A DNA stretch of 63,397 nucleotides, counting the filler, from Lenisia limosa (taxonomy: Eukaryota; Protista; Breviatea), in the NCBI GenBank assembly GCA_001655205.1. It is 11 parts of 11 records of this genome, joined end to end, with 100 filler letters (N's around TTAATTAATTAA, not from the genome) between each part and the next. Parts side by side here need not be neighbours in the genome. Positions count along the whole stretch, not along the records: positions 16,070 to 26,681 come from LPNZ01008118.1; positions 26,782 to 27,805 come from LPNZ01003222.1; positions 27,906 to 49,806 come from LPNZ01001596.1; 8 more parts are not named here. The stretch is one strand, 5' to 3'. Below are positions 22,313 to 34,852 of this stretch, in pieces; positions within the stretch are counted from its first letter, which is position 1; each line of letters starts with the position of its first letter. Position numbers and translations under genes: made by a program. The notes under the pieces are model-generated. The model ran no database searches. It was not told where the DNA came from and worked only from the letters and a program-made list of their open reading frames with translations.

Positions 22313-25300
22313 ATGGTATTGAGTAACACGCAGAACATAACAAAGAACAGGCCGGAGGTGAGGCGCACTGCCAAGATCGTTCCATGGCAAAACTGGCAGG
22401 AATGGGAGAGAGTGTTCGATCAGCTATTTTCAGGCTCAACTGACGAGATTCTCAAGGCTGTTGATCTTGTGAGTTTGGAATCTCCAAAGAATAAAATATT
22501 TTTCTCTTCCTTTTTTGTTTTTATTCCTATGATGGGGAGGCGCAGAAAGCTGTAAGGTAAATGATTGAGTGGATTAGTGTAATACTATAATCCAATATCT
22601 GTTGTAAGCTTGATGGTGTGGACGGCTCCGGTCATTCCCTTATTTCCATTTTAATATGAATTCTATGTAGCACTCCGTGCAATTAATTTATTAATTGAGA
22701 AAATGGGGTTGTATTTTTTAAAGCGTCAGAAAAATATAAAGTATAAAAGTGATTTTTGTGTTCAGGATTAAAAAATATAAGGGTCATTATTTGTAACTAC
22801 AGATGTTTTTCAAAAACCACCCCGTTTTAAAACAAGCCAAGCAAGCTAACAAACCAGGTCGGCGTGTGGAAGGTGCGTGGCAGGGTCCCGGTGGCGGTGG
22901 AGGCCACTGCAGACATCGTGGTTGCCTTACTATCGGACCAGTGGGGTGTTTTGCTTTCCTCTCGCCAACTGTCCGGAAAGATTTGCTGTAACCACCGCAG
23001 GTCGGATTCGGTCGGAACCCTCGACGCAAGTCTCAAAATCGGAACTGCCATTGTCAGGTGTGGGGGATGTAGTATGTATCATGCGTGATACGTCGAAATG
23101 GGGAGAGAATCTTTTGCAATTCAGTTTGCTTTCGATCCAGAACCGCCTTTTCTAACAAATCACCAACCCTCTACTCACAACCTTTTTCAGATTATTGACA
23201 AATCGTTCAAATTGATTTCGTATTGTGTGATATACATATATACTATGTATACATGTGTACTCTAAGCCAAGATCTCTTCTAACGTGGTGTGTACAACTTA
23301 GGACTCGTTTTATTCCGCATACCTCCATTTGCTGTTTACACATCAGACTGGTCAACAACCTTTGTGACAGCTGGCAAGGGGCGGCAATCCAGGCAACGGC
23401 AAGGCAGATCGGCCTGCCCCTGGAGCTTGTCAGGATCCGCCATGAGGTTGGGGGGGGGGGACTAATCAACTTGATTAACCAGAGGGCATACTGTGACATC
23501 GCATATATATTAGAGTAGTATTATCTGATGAATATTCCTGTAATCGGTCCTGAATACTTATAATGGATGTGTGATAGCTAAGGTACGAACATCATATTGC
23601 TTCCTGTAATTTTCGTGTTTCCTTTATGTACTGATCCCATTTCAACACAGAAAGTACAGGTAATGGAGGGAATATCGTTATAATAATATTGCAAATATTC
23701 ATCTACTACATTTTATTTCGCGTATCTCCGATGTCCGTTGAGGTTATGTCGGGAAAGCCATTTTTCATCTTTTCAGGTTGCCCATATGTTCATGCCCACG
23801 TTTCCTTGCCTCCTGAAGGCTGCAAATATGGTTCGAAGGGAGTGAATAGATGGGAAGCGAACTAGGTGTTTCTTTCGACTTTTGTAGTTAATTTCACGTA
23901 ATTGGAATGATGGGATGCGGTGCTGCAGAAGCAATGGACTTGGTTTTGTTTGTGTTGCTATTGCAACCCTCGTGTGTAAGAATGTTCAGCCAACGATTTT
24001 GGGGCTTTCTGTTTCATGATTTTTACTCCCCTCCAGGGACTGCTTTGGCTGAAGAAGGTCTACTGGACACCGCAGAGAGAGGCGGTAGGTTGGGTCTGCA
24101 GTACTCATGTCACATGTTTGTTTGACGCCCTGACATACAGTGTCCGTGGTAAGTCTTGGCCGATTTCTCTGAAGGATAATCGGATTCAATCTATCATTAC
24201 ACTATGGTCACTTACGTAGAGCTGCTATCTTTGTTCATCTCCTCGATAGTTGTATTATAAGACTTAATTTTCTCATGTCCGATATTTGATATCAAAGTTT
24301 GTATTTTTAAGAAATCGTGATAACGGCGCTGATCTCGCGTTCCAAGTTGCAGACTTCTGAGTATATTCAAATCTCTCGATATTATACTCAGCACTCCCTA
24401 GATTTTGGCCCAGAAAGACTTCATCACCACCACATTATCGAAGTACTATGAAGCCCGTTGCCTGACCCTCAGTACGGCCGTGGCTGGTCGCGACTCTCAG
24501 AACGAGCAATGTGGGAGGGTTAATTGATGGCCTATATATCCGAAGTCAAGCTATTTATATTTTATTTTATGAATGTATATCTCACACTGTTCACATATCA
24601 GTGGCGACAGGAGTGATAGTTTCGCACTTATTGAAGGCAACAAGGAAAATGTTCCCTGGCGAAGTCATTTTACCCGTTTTGGTTTCTGAGTTTCTGACAA
24701 GAGAAGAAGAGTATGTCGGTCTATCTCCCAGCCTTCCTATGATTAATGCTCTTTTGTNNNNNNNNNNNNNNNNNNNNNNNNNNNNNNNNNNNNNNNNNNN
24801 NNNNNNNNNNNNNNNNNNNNNNNNNNNNNNNNNNNNNNNNNNNNNNNNNNNNNNNNNNNNNNNNNNNNNNNNNNNNNNNNNNNNNNNNNCCAGACAGGCT
24901 ATTGTAACTATAACTGACAGGCTATTGTAATTATTTGACAGGCTATTGTAATTATCACAGACAGGCTATTGTAATTATTTGACAGGCTATTGTAATTATC
25001 ACAGACAGGCTATTATAATTATTACTGACAGGTTACTGTAATTATCACTTGCCGCATTTTCCTAGTGTTGTGCCAAATATAATAAAAAATGACGGCAATG
25101 AGAATGTGATAATTACAATAGCCTGTCAGTAATAATTACAATAACCTGTCAGTGATAATTACAATAGCCTGTCAGTAATAATTACAATAGCCTGTCAGTA
25201 ATAATTACAATAGCTTGTCAGTAATAATTACAATAGCCTGTCAGTAATAATTACAATAGCCTGTCTGTGATAATTACAATAGCCTGTCTGTGATAATTAC

Positions 25301-26575
25301 AATAACCTCTCGGAATTGTTCTCCCGTGTATTTTTTTTTTTTGATTGATACTGTCAGTGTTATCTTTTGCCAGGATGGCCCAAAGTGTCGCCGTGTGGAT
25401 GCCCCTTATTCTGATACTGCAAAACACTCACTCGCAAATACTGCCTCTCACGCTGTCAATGATTTTTGACTCTCTTGGTGAGCTTTGTAGGGATGAAAGG
25501 TTAGAATATTGCTTATCTTCTATCAATTAGCGTTTTTTTTTTGTTTTTCACTGATATGATTTGTGACCGTGGTAAGTTGGGCTTCACTTTGGTTCGAAAA
25601 ATACAAGTTCTAATTCATATAGCGCAGAAGTCCAGTCAGCCCTTGGTGGGTGTGGGTCTACAGGATGACCAGACGGACGGACAGGTTTCTTCATTTTCAT
25701 ATTGCAGGTTTTGACCTCTAAATAACACGTGTCTTGTTGTTGTTTTCTATCCTCGTGTGTTGCCGCTAGCCAACAGAGTCGATTTTGGNNNNNNNNNNNN
25801 NNNNNNNNNNNNNNNNNNNNNNNNNNNNNNNNNNNNNNNNNNNNNNNNNNNNNNNNNNNNNNNNNNNNNNNNNNNNNNNNNNNNNNNNNNNNNNNNNNNN
25901 NNNNNNNNCTTTACCTCCTGGGTTTCGTCCCTCTTCCCCCTCCAAAGCCCCAAACGCTCCCTATTCTGATTAACCACGACACAAAAGTGAGTAGCAATTG
26001 AGGTACACAGAAGGCTGTGTATACTGCGCTGTCAGGTAAATGATTGGGTTTAATACAACCCAATCTCTTAAAAGCTTGATAGTGTGGACGGCTTCGATTA
26101 GATACTACCTCTTTTCCTCATCTCTGCGTACATGTAGTGCTACATACTATTGTCCTACTTATGTTACTGGATATGTCTAAATCTTCGTCAAAGGTCATGT
26201 ANNNNNNNNNNNNNNNNNNNNNNNNNNNNNNNNNNNNNNNNNNNNNNNNNNNNNNNNNNNNNNNNNNNNNNNNNNNAAGAAGTTATAAGGGATGCGTCTT
26301 TTGGGACTAACGATTCAGGCACCCATGTCGCCTCCCCCTGCCTTCGAACATGTGAAGTAAGCCGGTAGCTATTTTTGCAGTATAATTTCGAAGTAACTGA
26401 CCTTCAATATTGCCTTTTTTTGAATATTGTACCCGTTTTTCTCGTTTCACAAAAGTCTGTTCAGTCTAAAAATGAGTTGTTTTGCTTGATCTTTTTTCTG
26501 CACTCAAGTGGTCTCACTGCCGCAGGTCTGTCTTCCGTATTGAAGATGCGAAAGTTGAAAACGAAGTCAAAAGGT
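22313..26575 (+). CDS. LAS1: LAS1 pre-rRNA endonuclease-like (3' end uncertain)
   Basis: KIVPWQNWQEWERVFDQLF, VGVWKVRGRVPVAVEATADIV, RLVNNL...IGLPLELVRIRHEVAH (HEPN RHxxxH), LLWLKKVYW, later WMPLILILQ. Confidence 0.85.
22543..22660 (+). repeat. Family C dispersed repeat (LAS1 intron)
   Basis: CAGAAAGCTGTAAGGTAAATGATTGAGT...GATGGTGTGGACGGCTCCGGTC. Confidence 0.8.
23909..24036 (+). repeat. Family D repeat ending in a LAS1 3' splice site
   Basis: Full-length copy ending TTTTACTCCCCTCCAG|GGACTG. Confidence 0.85.
24138..24212. mobile_element. Family B MITE
   Basis: TA-CAGTGTCCGTGGTAAGTCTTGGCCG...GGTCACT. Confidence 0.65.
24891..25308. repeat. Foldback array: 7 tandem 21-23-bp units facing 9 inverted 23-bp units
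   Basis: GACAGGCTATTGTAATTAT(T/CA) x7, a ~55-bp spacer, then GT(A/G)ATAATTACAATAGCCTGTC x9; LAS1 intron. Confidence 0.9.
26008..26128 (+). repeat. Family C dispersed repeat (LAS1 intron)
   Basis: Full-length match to the family C consensus. Confidence 0.8.
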
Positions 26576-26789
26576 GAGCCGAGGGTTCTATGCCTCGAGC
26601 TTGCAGGAGGCAAACATGTCATGTCTCTAAACCATCATATCATGTTTCACCTGCTATATGGTGGGACTACCTACTGAAATANNNNNNNNNNNNNNNNNNN
26701 NNNNNNNNNNNNNNNNNNNNNNNNNTTAATTAATTAANNNNNNNNNNNNNNNNNNNNNNNNNNNNNNNNNNNNNNNNNNNNGATGATAA

Positions 26790-27490
26790 GACGCAACGGC
26801 GCTGAGTGGTTTGAAGAGTGCATGAGAAGTCCTTTTCTAACTGCCACCACACTCCCGCTTCCTTGATCATAAACAAGTCGTAAATGGGGTGCTCAAAAAG
26901 GGAGGTACCATTTTAATACATAATATAACTGATATTTGAGCAAAAGGAAGCGCTGCTTGTGTTCAAGAAGTGTGATAAGCCTCGTAGCGGTAAAGGAACT
27001 GTTGTAGATCATATTGAATACTATTACACTCATGGGATATGTTTTATTCGTTTTTATCTCTATCATTGAGACCAGCGGAATATCGAAAGCATTTTGATGC
27101 AGAAATATCCTTGATATACTAATATAATATACCATCTTTCATATTTGCTTTGTACTGCCATCACTGTCCATCAGCAAACCGATTCCTCTTATTGAACCTG
27201 GATATCGCCATGCAGTTCGTGCATACGCCTCACGAAGACTTGGAATACACTCGTCTAACGTGTCGGGAAATATGCACTAAGAAACATAAGAGATAAAAAT
27301 GGCACCTTCAATAAGTTGTAGGATATTCTCAATAGGGGTGGAACACACTTCCTGCGAACCGATTATATTCTGCTACTTTAACAAAAAGGATAAAATCTGC
27401 AATTTTGTTTATTGCTTAATCATTGTCCCTTAAACACATACCTCATTGTACACTTCTTCATTCTTCTTGACTTCCTAGGTATGTAAAGGG
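26790..27490 (-). CDS. Hypothetical gene fragment on a 1-kb contig
   Basis: Short AG/GT-bounded exons such as KCVPPLLRISYNLLK-CIFPDTLDECIPSL and RIFLHQNAFDIPLVSM. Frames uncertain and family not recognised. Confidence 0.3.
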
Positions 27491-28103
27491 TAAAGGTTGG
27501 TCATAATGGTCAAAAAGATGACAGAAAAACAAGGGGTTTAACCTGACAGTTTCAGTGTGGTCGGGTAAAAATAACAAAAAATTAAAATAGCAGAAAATAT
27601 TATGAAATTCAAACAAAGTAGAACCCTTCACCACTACCAATTGATTCACCATCACACATAAAAGAACATGCACTCCCCCTATCCATATTCACCCCCTCCA
27701 TCATTTTCATCCAACGGGATGCGGTGCTGAAGAATCGACTGACATAGGCTCTGTTTCTTTTGCTGTTTTCAACCCTTGGATGTTTCCCAAATGCTAGCCA
27801 ACAGANNNNNNNNNNNNNNNNNNNNNNNNNNNNNNNNNNNNNNNNNNNNTTAATTAATTAANNNNNNNNNNNNNNNNNNNNNNNNNNNNNNNNNNNNNNN
27901 NNNNNTTGGGCTGGAGAAGAGACAAGTTCATAGAACTGTGAATAAGACTCACTTGATAATTCCTTTTATTATGAATTGCAAATGTTCAAGCCTGCTTCCC
28001 ATTTAAGTTACATCTAGCGTTTTTGATGGTCCGAAGGACGGTAAAATACAAGAAAGAAAAAAAAAGAAAAAAACTGTATTTTCGTAATATTTTTAGATAG
28101 GCA

Positions 28104-31100
28104 TACCTGAAGAAGGGGGCGAGAGCAGGGGACCAGAGTCGAGCACACTTGTTAGTTTCGGACTGCACAAGGATAAGACACACACACAAAAAAAAAATCT
28201 GAAGCCTATTCATATTATCATATCAAGGAATACAAACACACTACAAGAAGGTTGTGAGCATGCTTTGTATAAAATAATTATACATTTCAGTTAAAATGGC
28301 GTTTTGATTTCAGTGACGATACAATTTACCATTCAAAACACGGTCAAATAACGCAGACACAAACCTTGAAGTAACAACTTGCATATTGGGAGTCGGCAGA
28401 AGCGCCTCTGACAACTTCAGTGTGTCAGGACGAGGAAGTAGTCCGTCGGAACAAGCTGCATCCGATGACAAGTCAGACCCTTCTCCAGGGGGCAACTCGG
28501 GAACTACTATGTCCGGCGTGGAGAAAAAACTGGTTTCGTTGGGCTGGGATGCAAGGAGCGACTGGGGGGAAGAGGTAAAATACATTTTATGAAGCAAAAA
28601 TTATTTGGCTATTAATAACCAAGTGGGGGCGGGGGGTTAATGTAAAAAAAAACAAAAAAAACAAGAGCTATACCTGCGGGGTGAAGGATTTTGTTGGAAG
28701 CGGGGCGGCCACAGTTCCTAATAAAGAGCGCTGAGGGGACGGCTTGCTGATTGGGCGATTAATATTAAATGGAAACTTGAATTGATTCACGGTGAAGACA
28801 TTTTATTAGTCTTTTTGATATCATCCATCAAATCAAATACAACGATCTTGTATACCATATTTATATACATGTTATTATCTACAAATCGATGGTTCTTTAT
28901 TTCCCTCAGCTTTCCATGAAAGTAAAAATTGAAGATTATAATGTATTTATAAAACATGGTAATTTTTTATGGAGTTTTTATTGATTACTTGTATCTCTAT
29001 ATCACTTTCGCGTTCACATAACCCACGTTTCGACCTGAGACGGCGGCAATAGTAGTCCATCATCAAGACTGTTCTGGAATCCCGTGGTGCTGAAGCCAGG
29101 CTCGGCAATTGGCGGTAAGGGTGTGACTGAATCCGAGTAAGGTGAGACGTTATGTAAAAAAGAAATATAACTGTGAAGACATTTACAACATCTTCAAGGA
29201 TTAGCTTAACCATTTAAACCCTCCTCCATTTACTGAACATACTCGTATCCTGTCATTTATTATTACATTCATGCTCAGTAGGAAAAATAAAGTCATATTG
29301 CTAGACCCACCAGGAGCAGGCAGCTTTGGAGGATTAGCGGTACTCATGACAAGAAGCAGGTTTTTCTGCTCCGCCACCAGTTCCGACATTTTGCTACGCA
29401 CGTGCTGCTGGTGTACTCCTTCGAAGCTGAAACTGTTACTATGCTATTATCTTATTGCTTCTCCAAAAACAAAGAAACTTAACTGAGTTTTGATGAACTG
29501 ATAAGGTGTGCTCTGTTGATAGAAATATACTCCCACCTTCTGTTTAATGTTCTAATGATGATTGATTTATTGGCTATATTTACATATAGTAACCTAGCTT
29601 CAAAACTGTGCTGAACAATATGTTCCTTCCCTAAGTTCATCAATTAACACCATAACCACCCCCACATTTCATCCTCCAGTCCGGTCTGCATTTCAGCGAT
29701 TTGGTGTGTGATGGTGGCGAGGCGATGACGTCGCTGCCTCGCGTTACGCGCCAATCTCTGTCGCTCTCGTTCCATCTATGTTAGAATTTAGGGGCAAGTA
29801 TAAGAAATAAAACAAGCGAGTGTCCACACCATCATGCTTCTAAGTGATATTGGATTATTGTATAATATTATTCACCAATAATCTGCCTTACATCTTTGTG
29901 TACACATCATAGCTAATCTAAAAATGAGATGGTCTTCAAACCTTCAACATATTTCTTATATAGTGATTGTGTTCATAAAAATACCACTCTCCAAGCCAGT
30001 GGTCTACCAACCTGCTTCTTGACCCAGGAATCATGCTCTATCCTTGATTGATGCTCAAAGACCGCTGCATCAGAAATTGCTTTTCGGATAACGAAGAGAT
30101 TGGTCTTGCTCAAGGACTGGTTCAGGTGATCTCCTGGGGAAATGGAACGTTAAAAGATTTCCTATAGGAAGCCTCACTGAATAATTTGCGTCTATTAAGT
30201 GTCCTGAAGCAGCCTCCATACCTTTGTAGTTGACAATGAAAAGATAGGGAGGTGAGAGCCTTTCGAGCCTATCAAGTGCCTAGAATCCATAAAAAAAAAT
30301 GTTTTTTTTTTGTTTCTTTAAGATTGTAAGATACTTTTAAAACGTAACACAGAAAGTTGTTGCTTACCCCTTCATTAGCGGTGTGAGCAATCTGAATTTC
30401 ATTATCTTCGTCAGCCATAGACAACAAGCAAAGAGGCTCCTCGTATGTGAAGTTTCCTTTCTGGGAAGAATTAAACGCAACACCTCTGTGAAAATCACGA
30501 TAGGCAATGAGAGAGTGAAGTCGATACAAATGGCCTTATCCACCCCCCCCCCTCCCCCCACAGATCCGGAAAAATAGTGCAAGAACTCTTCGAAAAGGTC
30601 TTCGTAGTCAAAAGGATGGACACGGTAGTCAGAGAAGGGAGGAACTTGTCCCTCAATTACCAGGATTCCTTTCTGGGAGCATGAGACAACACCACTTTTG
30701 TGGCTTTACGATTGTTGATATATAACGAATATTGTTTTTCATACCATGTCTCTTTATAAAAAAAATAACTGAGAAGCAAATATAACGCAAAACAAACATG
30801 GGTGAGGAACGCGAGGACCATGTAGTACCATGCTGAAGGACTGAGACCCCTATTCCTCGAGGTTGGAAGCCCTTTCTGAAAAACAATAATCAAAACAATC
30901 ATCTTCAATGGGACGATAAGATATGGTTGGTTTGAAAGCAGAAGTATCAGAATCGAATCTTTATCATATGATATATTATGATTAATTTGAGAAGAAAGAC
31001 CACAGTAATTTGGGCACAAGCATTACACAGATATCCTTCTTATTCCAAGTGAGGTGAACAGCGCTACTACTGATCCTTCCCACAATTTGGGCCCAAGAAC

Positions 31101-34100
31101 GGACTTTCCACAGTAGTTTTGAAATGGGAGGGTGAGAAACAACCTTGGAGGTGAATAAAAGATCGCCTTAAATTTTCTCAAAAATCAAACAAAATCAATG
31201 GCATTATGCTTTCAAACACATCACGAGATACCATGATACACGAATAATCATACCTGTCTCATCATTGTCGAGAAGACAATTCCTTCTTCGTTGTTGATGG
31301 TAAATTCGACCTGGAATAATTATTGGAAAAACTTCAAAAAAGCTGTTGAAAAATGTTGTCTACAAATACCTTGTCATTTGTAGTGATGTCCGCGAGGCTG
31401 AAGCAAGGTACTCTTTGTGTTGTGAAAGGGCCCTGAGCGTCAATCTTCCGACGACTGAAAGGGTCAAAAGCGCTGTGTATAGGACTTCGCTTCGGTTCGA
31501 AAAATCGATCAACCCTCAAAAACTATAAATATTGTACCGGTCTTTTTCAGACCAAAGTGAAGCCCGAGTTGCGTCGGGGTCGAAAAAGAACAAAATAGCT
31601 TTTCTATTATGTTGAGAAGGCAATTACTGTATCATTTTCCCGCGTCTTCATTGCGGTGATCATCAAAAAAAATTGGATTATTGTCAAATGTAAAATACAA
31701 AGCAAAATAATTAGCATTGGGTGGAAACAGCCCAGATACCTAAGTGGAGACTGTTTTGACTTGACTTTGAAAGTCATGTTTGCTAGGAGGCAATCCCTCG
31801 TGCTAACGATGTGAGAAATGAAAACATTATGAGAAAAAAACTAACCACCTTCACTCTGAAGCATTACACACACCCTGACCCTGACTTTCATCAATAACAA
31901 ATAAATAATCTCTCCAGAATAATGTGTCCAAGCTTCAATTCTTTGCACAATCACGCATGTGTTTTTAATATCTTCAAACCCTATTCGGCTCAACCCCTAA
32001 AACTATCTACTGTTGTTTCCATTTATTATTATTTTCATGAAGAAAGTTGAATGCATCTCGTTCAAGTGTGTAAAATCACCTACTCCTCGCTCACTGTGCC
32101 AATAGAGCAACCTTCTCGGCAGCAGCTAAAGGAGCCTTAGAGCCATTACTATTATGGGTTAGAAAACACGAATCCTTCAATATAGAGATGAGAAATAAAA
32201 CAAGGTTGTAGCGGTGATCAAGTAAAAGAAAGAAGTCAACTAGAGCATCAGATATAGATTATATACATAGTATACATATTTGTGACAATGAATCTCAATA
32301 GAAACATAACAAAAAAGCTGGTACTTAAACCCAAACAACCCCAACTCCAGGTTGGCAGGTTCTAAAAATAAGAATACGAAGGGCACAGCCCGATATCATT
32401 CAGTAAGAAAGAAAAGCCAAAACAGAACCAACTTTCGTTTGAAGTTCAAAGATATATCGAGGTCGCTGTCATCGTTGGCAAGTCTGGAAATTAGGTGGAT
32501 CAGCTTCAAAATAGAAGCACTAATGCAAATAAAAATGCTCAAATTCAGTATAAGAAGCTGGAGAGCATGTATTTGTACTACGTGCAAAATGCCTGAAATT
32601 GAGTTTTGGTTGGTTGGTAAAAATAGGCCTCCCTTATTTTGAAATTCTTTCCATTACAAAGGTCAATCTAAGGCTGTAGCATGAACAGATAAGATCCGAG
32701 TGCCGATAAATGCAGCGTTTAAGAAAATGGTCAGATTGAAAGTAAGAATAATATTGAAACGAGCACCCAAGCCAACCCGAAGGTGCAACTGCCAAAAGGC
32801 TGTGCGTCCTCCAAGGTGAAGCCCGAAATGTTGATCGTCGTGTCGTCTTCTCCAAAGAGAAATGTTCTCAGCTTCGGCAGGCTTGGCTAGGTATTATGAA
32901 AGAAAGTAATAGAACATATACATTTACATAAAATTATGTAATAGATATAAGTTTTTAAACAAAAACTAAAACATGGTAGCCGTGTTGTGTGAGCCACTTA
33001 TTGAAATGGTGGTATTGAAGATATTTTGAAAAGGAAAAAATTTGTAGAAGTATTGTACCAGTGTGATAAGTCAAATCATAAACAATGAACGCCTACTTCA
33101 TAAATAACATCAGACTGTTGGAAGACATTCTGCGAAAGGGGGCTGGATTTGGAGTTGCCATTGTGGTTGAGCGCGTAAAAGTCCTTGAAATACTTTAAAG
33201 TACGGCGGCCCTTGAAGCCGTAAAGAAAATGAAAATTAGTTTTAAAGATTGAGCTCATAACTATGACTGGTGGTAAAGTAGATGTATAATCAAGAATGTT
33301 GCTATTATTATGTTGCAACGAGAAAAAGGCTGTGACTACACATATCAGAGAAACGAGGCAATTAAAGTGATACAGCAAACGTTTAACTGGTGTAAACGAT
33401 TGATAACTCCTTGAAAATAGGTCATTCAAGGGGGAACACAATCGAAATTCACTTGTATGAAATAAAATGCCAAATAAAATGGTAGATCAAGGCAAAATAA
33501 CAACACCAAAAGACCAACCCTTTCAACAAGCATTTCACCATGGTTCTCAAGACAGTATGTGAAGAGAGATGGGCCTAATATGGGCACTGACGAAGGCAGT
33601 TTCTAAGCTGTCAAAAAAAAACGAGAAGTGATCAGTTGTCAAAAACAAATAATCCCCCCTCCCCTTCATGCCAGATAAAGCACATTACTGACCTGGGGAA
33701 GGGGTATGGTCGGCTTGGGGGTTGAGGGCGAAGGACTGTCATCGAGCAAACTTGCTAGGGATGTCAAAAAAGCTGTGGTAAATCAAGCAACAAAGAGGAG
33801 AGTTGCTTAATGGTTGTTGTCTGCTATTCAGGAAATGAAGATTAAGTATTAACTTTATCAATACCGTCACTAAATTGCCCATGATGAGTAATATATAAAA
33901 ATCACTTCATATGATATCAATACACTTGCCAGAACTAGGGGTATAAATACACACTTGTTCAAACCTTAAACTTTACATATCGTAATAGAAACAAAAATAG
34001 ACACTAATACGACTATTTGAGTTGAGCAAGATTTGCCATGTATTTCAATATAACGCCTTACAAATAAGGAAAATAACTTCCAAAACCCCAATGTCAGACA

Positions 34101-34718
34101 CATTCAAATGCTGAAGAAAAGCGAACACCATAAAACAAAATGAAGCGGGCAAGGAAGGAGCTTGCCACAACTTGAAGATTTCCGCCTACCCAAAGGCTTC
34201 AACCCAGCCTTGTCAAAGCTCTCCAGTACCGACATTGATGGACAACGTCCGTCAAAGCGGTCCAGTGCTCGTCCTCAGGCAAGACACTGATTATCAGAGG
34301 GAGATGGAGTAGGTTCCCGTCAAGTCTTCCGGATACAAGGCTACTGTTTCGTATTGGATCAATATTAAAACCAGGAAGGCGAGGGGGAGAGTTAAGAGTA
34401 TTCAGCAAGAAAGATCACAGGTAATCCGAGGGGTTCTCAATGTATTTAGCACAATTAAATAATCTGAAAGTCTAAAATGCTTCTACCTTTTGATATTCCG
34501 CTGGTTAGAAAAGGAAAATTGGAAAATTGGCAAACAGAGAGTCGACAGAAATAAACTGTAATCAAAAGTAATCAATATGATTGTGTGCCGCTGAAACCAG
34601 CAACGACTTCAACAGATAGACTAACTATCAAAAATAAATAATAAGTACGTTTACTTATTAATGAAAAGCCAGGGGGAAAAGCGAACTGTTTTTGATACCC
34701 CAAACAAGCAAGTGTCAT
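28104..34718 (-). CDS. Cid1/TUT4-7/GLD-2-type terminal RNA nucleotidyltransferase with C-terminal coiled-coil and low-complexity tail
   Basis: PFGSCTFG-LANDDSDLDISL (hGS..DxD motif), RVPCFSL, VEFTINNEEG, VRSWA, AWYYMVLAFLTH, EDLFEEFLHYF, PFP-GDHLNQSLSK (PAP-associated domain), then MERERQRLARNARQRRHRL. Both ends approximate. Confidence 0.8.
31480..31567. mobile_element. Family A MITE
   Basis: TAGGACTTCGCTTCGGTTCG...CCAAAGTGAAGCCCG; intronic. Confidence 0.8.
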
Positions 34719-34852
34719 CTTCTGCAATTTGCAATTACGTAGAGTGCAATTCACTTGATCCTACAGTATTATAAGCTCCCCATTACAAGGATAAATATTA
34801 AATGAAATAAATGCAATAGTTCAATGATCTAGAATCTGGGTCTGAGGGCAAG
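34719..34852. promoter_or_regulatory. Putative bidirectional promoter between the nucleotidyltransferase and receptor genes
   Basis: Divergent 5' ends about 130 bp apart; the nucleotidyltransferase start is uncertain. Confidence 0.35.

Noticed and set aside
24891-25308. CRISPR-like regular repeats
   Set aside because: The units are contiguous with no unique spacers, they invert midway, the context is a eukaryotic intron, and there are no cas genes.
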